A stretch of DNA of 63,433 bases, counting the filler, from Collodictyon triciliatum (lineage: Eukaryota), in the NCBI GenBank assembly GCA_043381765.1. It is 52 parts of 52 records of this genome, joined end to end, with 100 filler letters (N's around TTAATTAATTAA, not from the genome) between each part and the next. Parts side by side here need not be neighbours in the genome. Positions count along the whole stretch, not along the records: positions 61,100 to 62,216 come from JBHJMP010012241.1; positions 62,317 to 63,433 come from JBHJMP010012242.1; 50 more parts are not named here. One strand, given 5' to 3'. Within the stretch, counting starts at the first letter, position 1. The number at the start of each line of letters is the position of its first letter. This document shows positions 61,909 through 63,433 of this stretch, in pieces. A program made the position numbers and the translations under genes. Under the pieces are notes generated by a model. That model did no database searches and had not been told where the DNA came from. It saw only the letters and a program-made list of their open reading frames with translations.

Positions 61909-63226
61909 GTTTCTGCTGTTTTCTTTGGTCTTTTACTTCTTTTCTTTTTGTTCTTACCGTTATTACTATAATCAATATCAATATGAATATCAATATGAAT
62001 ATGAATATCAATATGAATATCAATATGAATATCAATATGAATATCAATATGAATATCAATATCAATATCAATATCAATATGAATATCAATATGAATATCA
62101 ATATGAATATCAATATGAATATCAATATCAATATCAATATCAATATCAATATCAATATCAATATCAATATCAATATCAATATCAATATCAATATCAATAT
62201 CAATATCAATATCAATNNNNNNNNNNNNNNNNNNNNNNNNNNNNNNNNNNNNNNNNNNNNTTAATTAATTAANNNNNNNNNNNNNNNNNNNNNNNNNNNN
62301 NNNNNNNNNNNNNNNNAAAAAAAAAGAGGGAGGGGGGGGGGGGGGGGGGGGGGGAGGTCTTTCTTAGCGAAGGAAAAATATGGCAGTCGTGTATTATATA
62401 TGACTGTTGCATTGAAAGAATAACATGCATCCTGGTGAGGTATGTTTTTAACCTGTTCATGAAATGGTTCGACCACTCATTTGATGTTAAAGCCACCAAA
62501 AAAGAGAACAAAACTATTTTCTTTTGAATGGAAAGAAGAAAAAAAAAAGAGGGAGACAAGGGAGAGGATGGGGCTGATCTCTCGTGCCGTTATGGACAGC
62601 CAGACAACTCTATCATGGACTCAGCAACTAGGTGCGTAAGGGAAAAGTGGCCAAGAATGATCGGCAGCAAGAAGGCCCAATAAGGAGTGCTGATATTTGA
62701 GCGAATAACAACGTTTGTTTGAGTAAGCAGGTAATGAGTAAAGAAGAGGAAACAAGACGGATTGGAAAGGAGGGAGTCTAAAGGGGTCAAAAGAGGACAA
62801 AGGAGAAGGAATTAAAAAGACGAGCATGATGAATACTCAGTGTGGCAACTATATCCTTATCCTTAAAATAACTCACGTTTGATAGCAGGGAACATAGAGT
62901 TTGAAAAGCGCGTAGTGGAAGCAAAGGGGCAGAGCGACACGATCAAATATTGTGCGTTCAGCCTTTCCTTCCACCAATAGCCGATGATCCACAGCGCACA
63001 GAATGCCGAAATGTTTCTCGAATACAATACCGGCTTTTGTTTTCCATCATTTTCATCAGTCCTACCCCTTGCTACTCGCCTCCGCTTTGTTGTGACAGGC
63101 GAGCAAAAGACGAAGGACATTATAAACAGTCACCTTTTTTTTCTGACCTATCCTTTCCCTGTCCTGGCCAGTTTCGGCTGGATAAAGTATGATACAGCAA
63201 AAATTATGTCATCCAGGATATCCGGC

Positions 63227-63261
<35 letters not shown>

Positions 63262-63433
63262 ATTATTACTCTTTTCTATCTGCGCAAGTTGTTGGAGGTT
63301 CGGTCTTGCTTTTACACACATACCTTCATTCATTCATACATACGTACATACATACATACATACATACATACATACATACATACATACATACATACATACA
63401 TACATACATACATACATACATACATACATACAT

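Overview
This is not one continuous locus. It is about 52 unrelated ~1.12-kb contigs joined by an artificial 100-nt linker (N44-TTAATTAATTAA-N44), so nothing can be inferred from order across linkers. The DNA comes from an intron- and microsatellite-rich microbial eukaryote (GT-AG introns, standard code); the taxon cannot be fixed from this window. Host gene fragments I could read include a nischarin/STK11IP-like LRR protein, a SNAP-25-type SNARE, ELP4, a Rab GTPase, Tousled-like kinase, a Roco-like LRR protein, a LIM protein, 14-3-3, a RING/B-box protein, eIF3f, an NHL propeller and an EGF/FG-GAP protein. Mobile DNA includes two multi-copy LINE-like families, an L1/Tx1-type RT fragment and a chromovirus integrase end. 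The best lead is a set of intronless, gene-dense, virus-like contigs (8584-9707, 30614-31735, 58666-59782, possibly 34280-35110). Two of them carry a homologous small protein (MIV..RGVGRFLT..TD.A...L..L..AY..L) placed head-to-head with a large acidic ORF across a conserved 32-33 bp spacer. Two share an identical ATAAAAATCTAG motif just upstream of a start codon, and one encodes a zinc-finger/SET protein. Together these suggest an endogenous or co-assembled small dsDNA virus family (virophage/Polinton-like type). No capsid, ATPase or polymerase gene is visible here to prove it. Also notable is a 1.1-kb hexamer 'satellite' whose variation is almost entirely synonymous in a (Ser-Gln)n reading frame.
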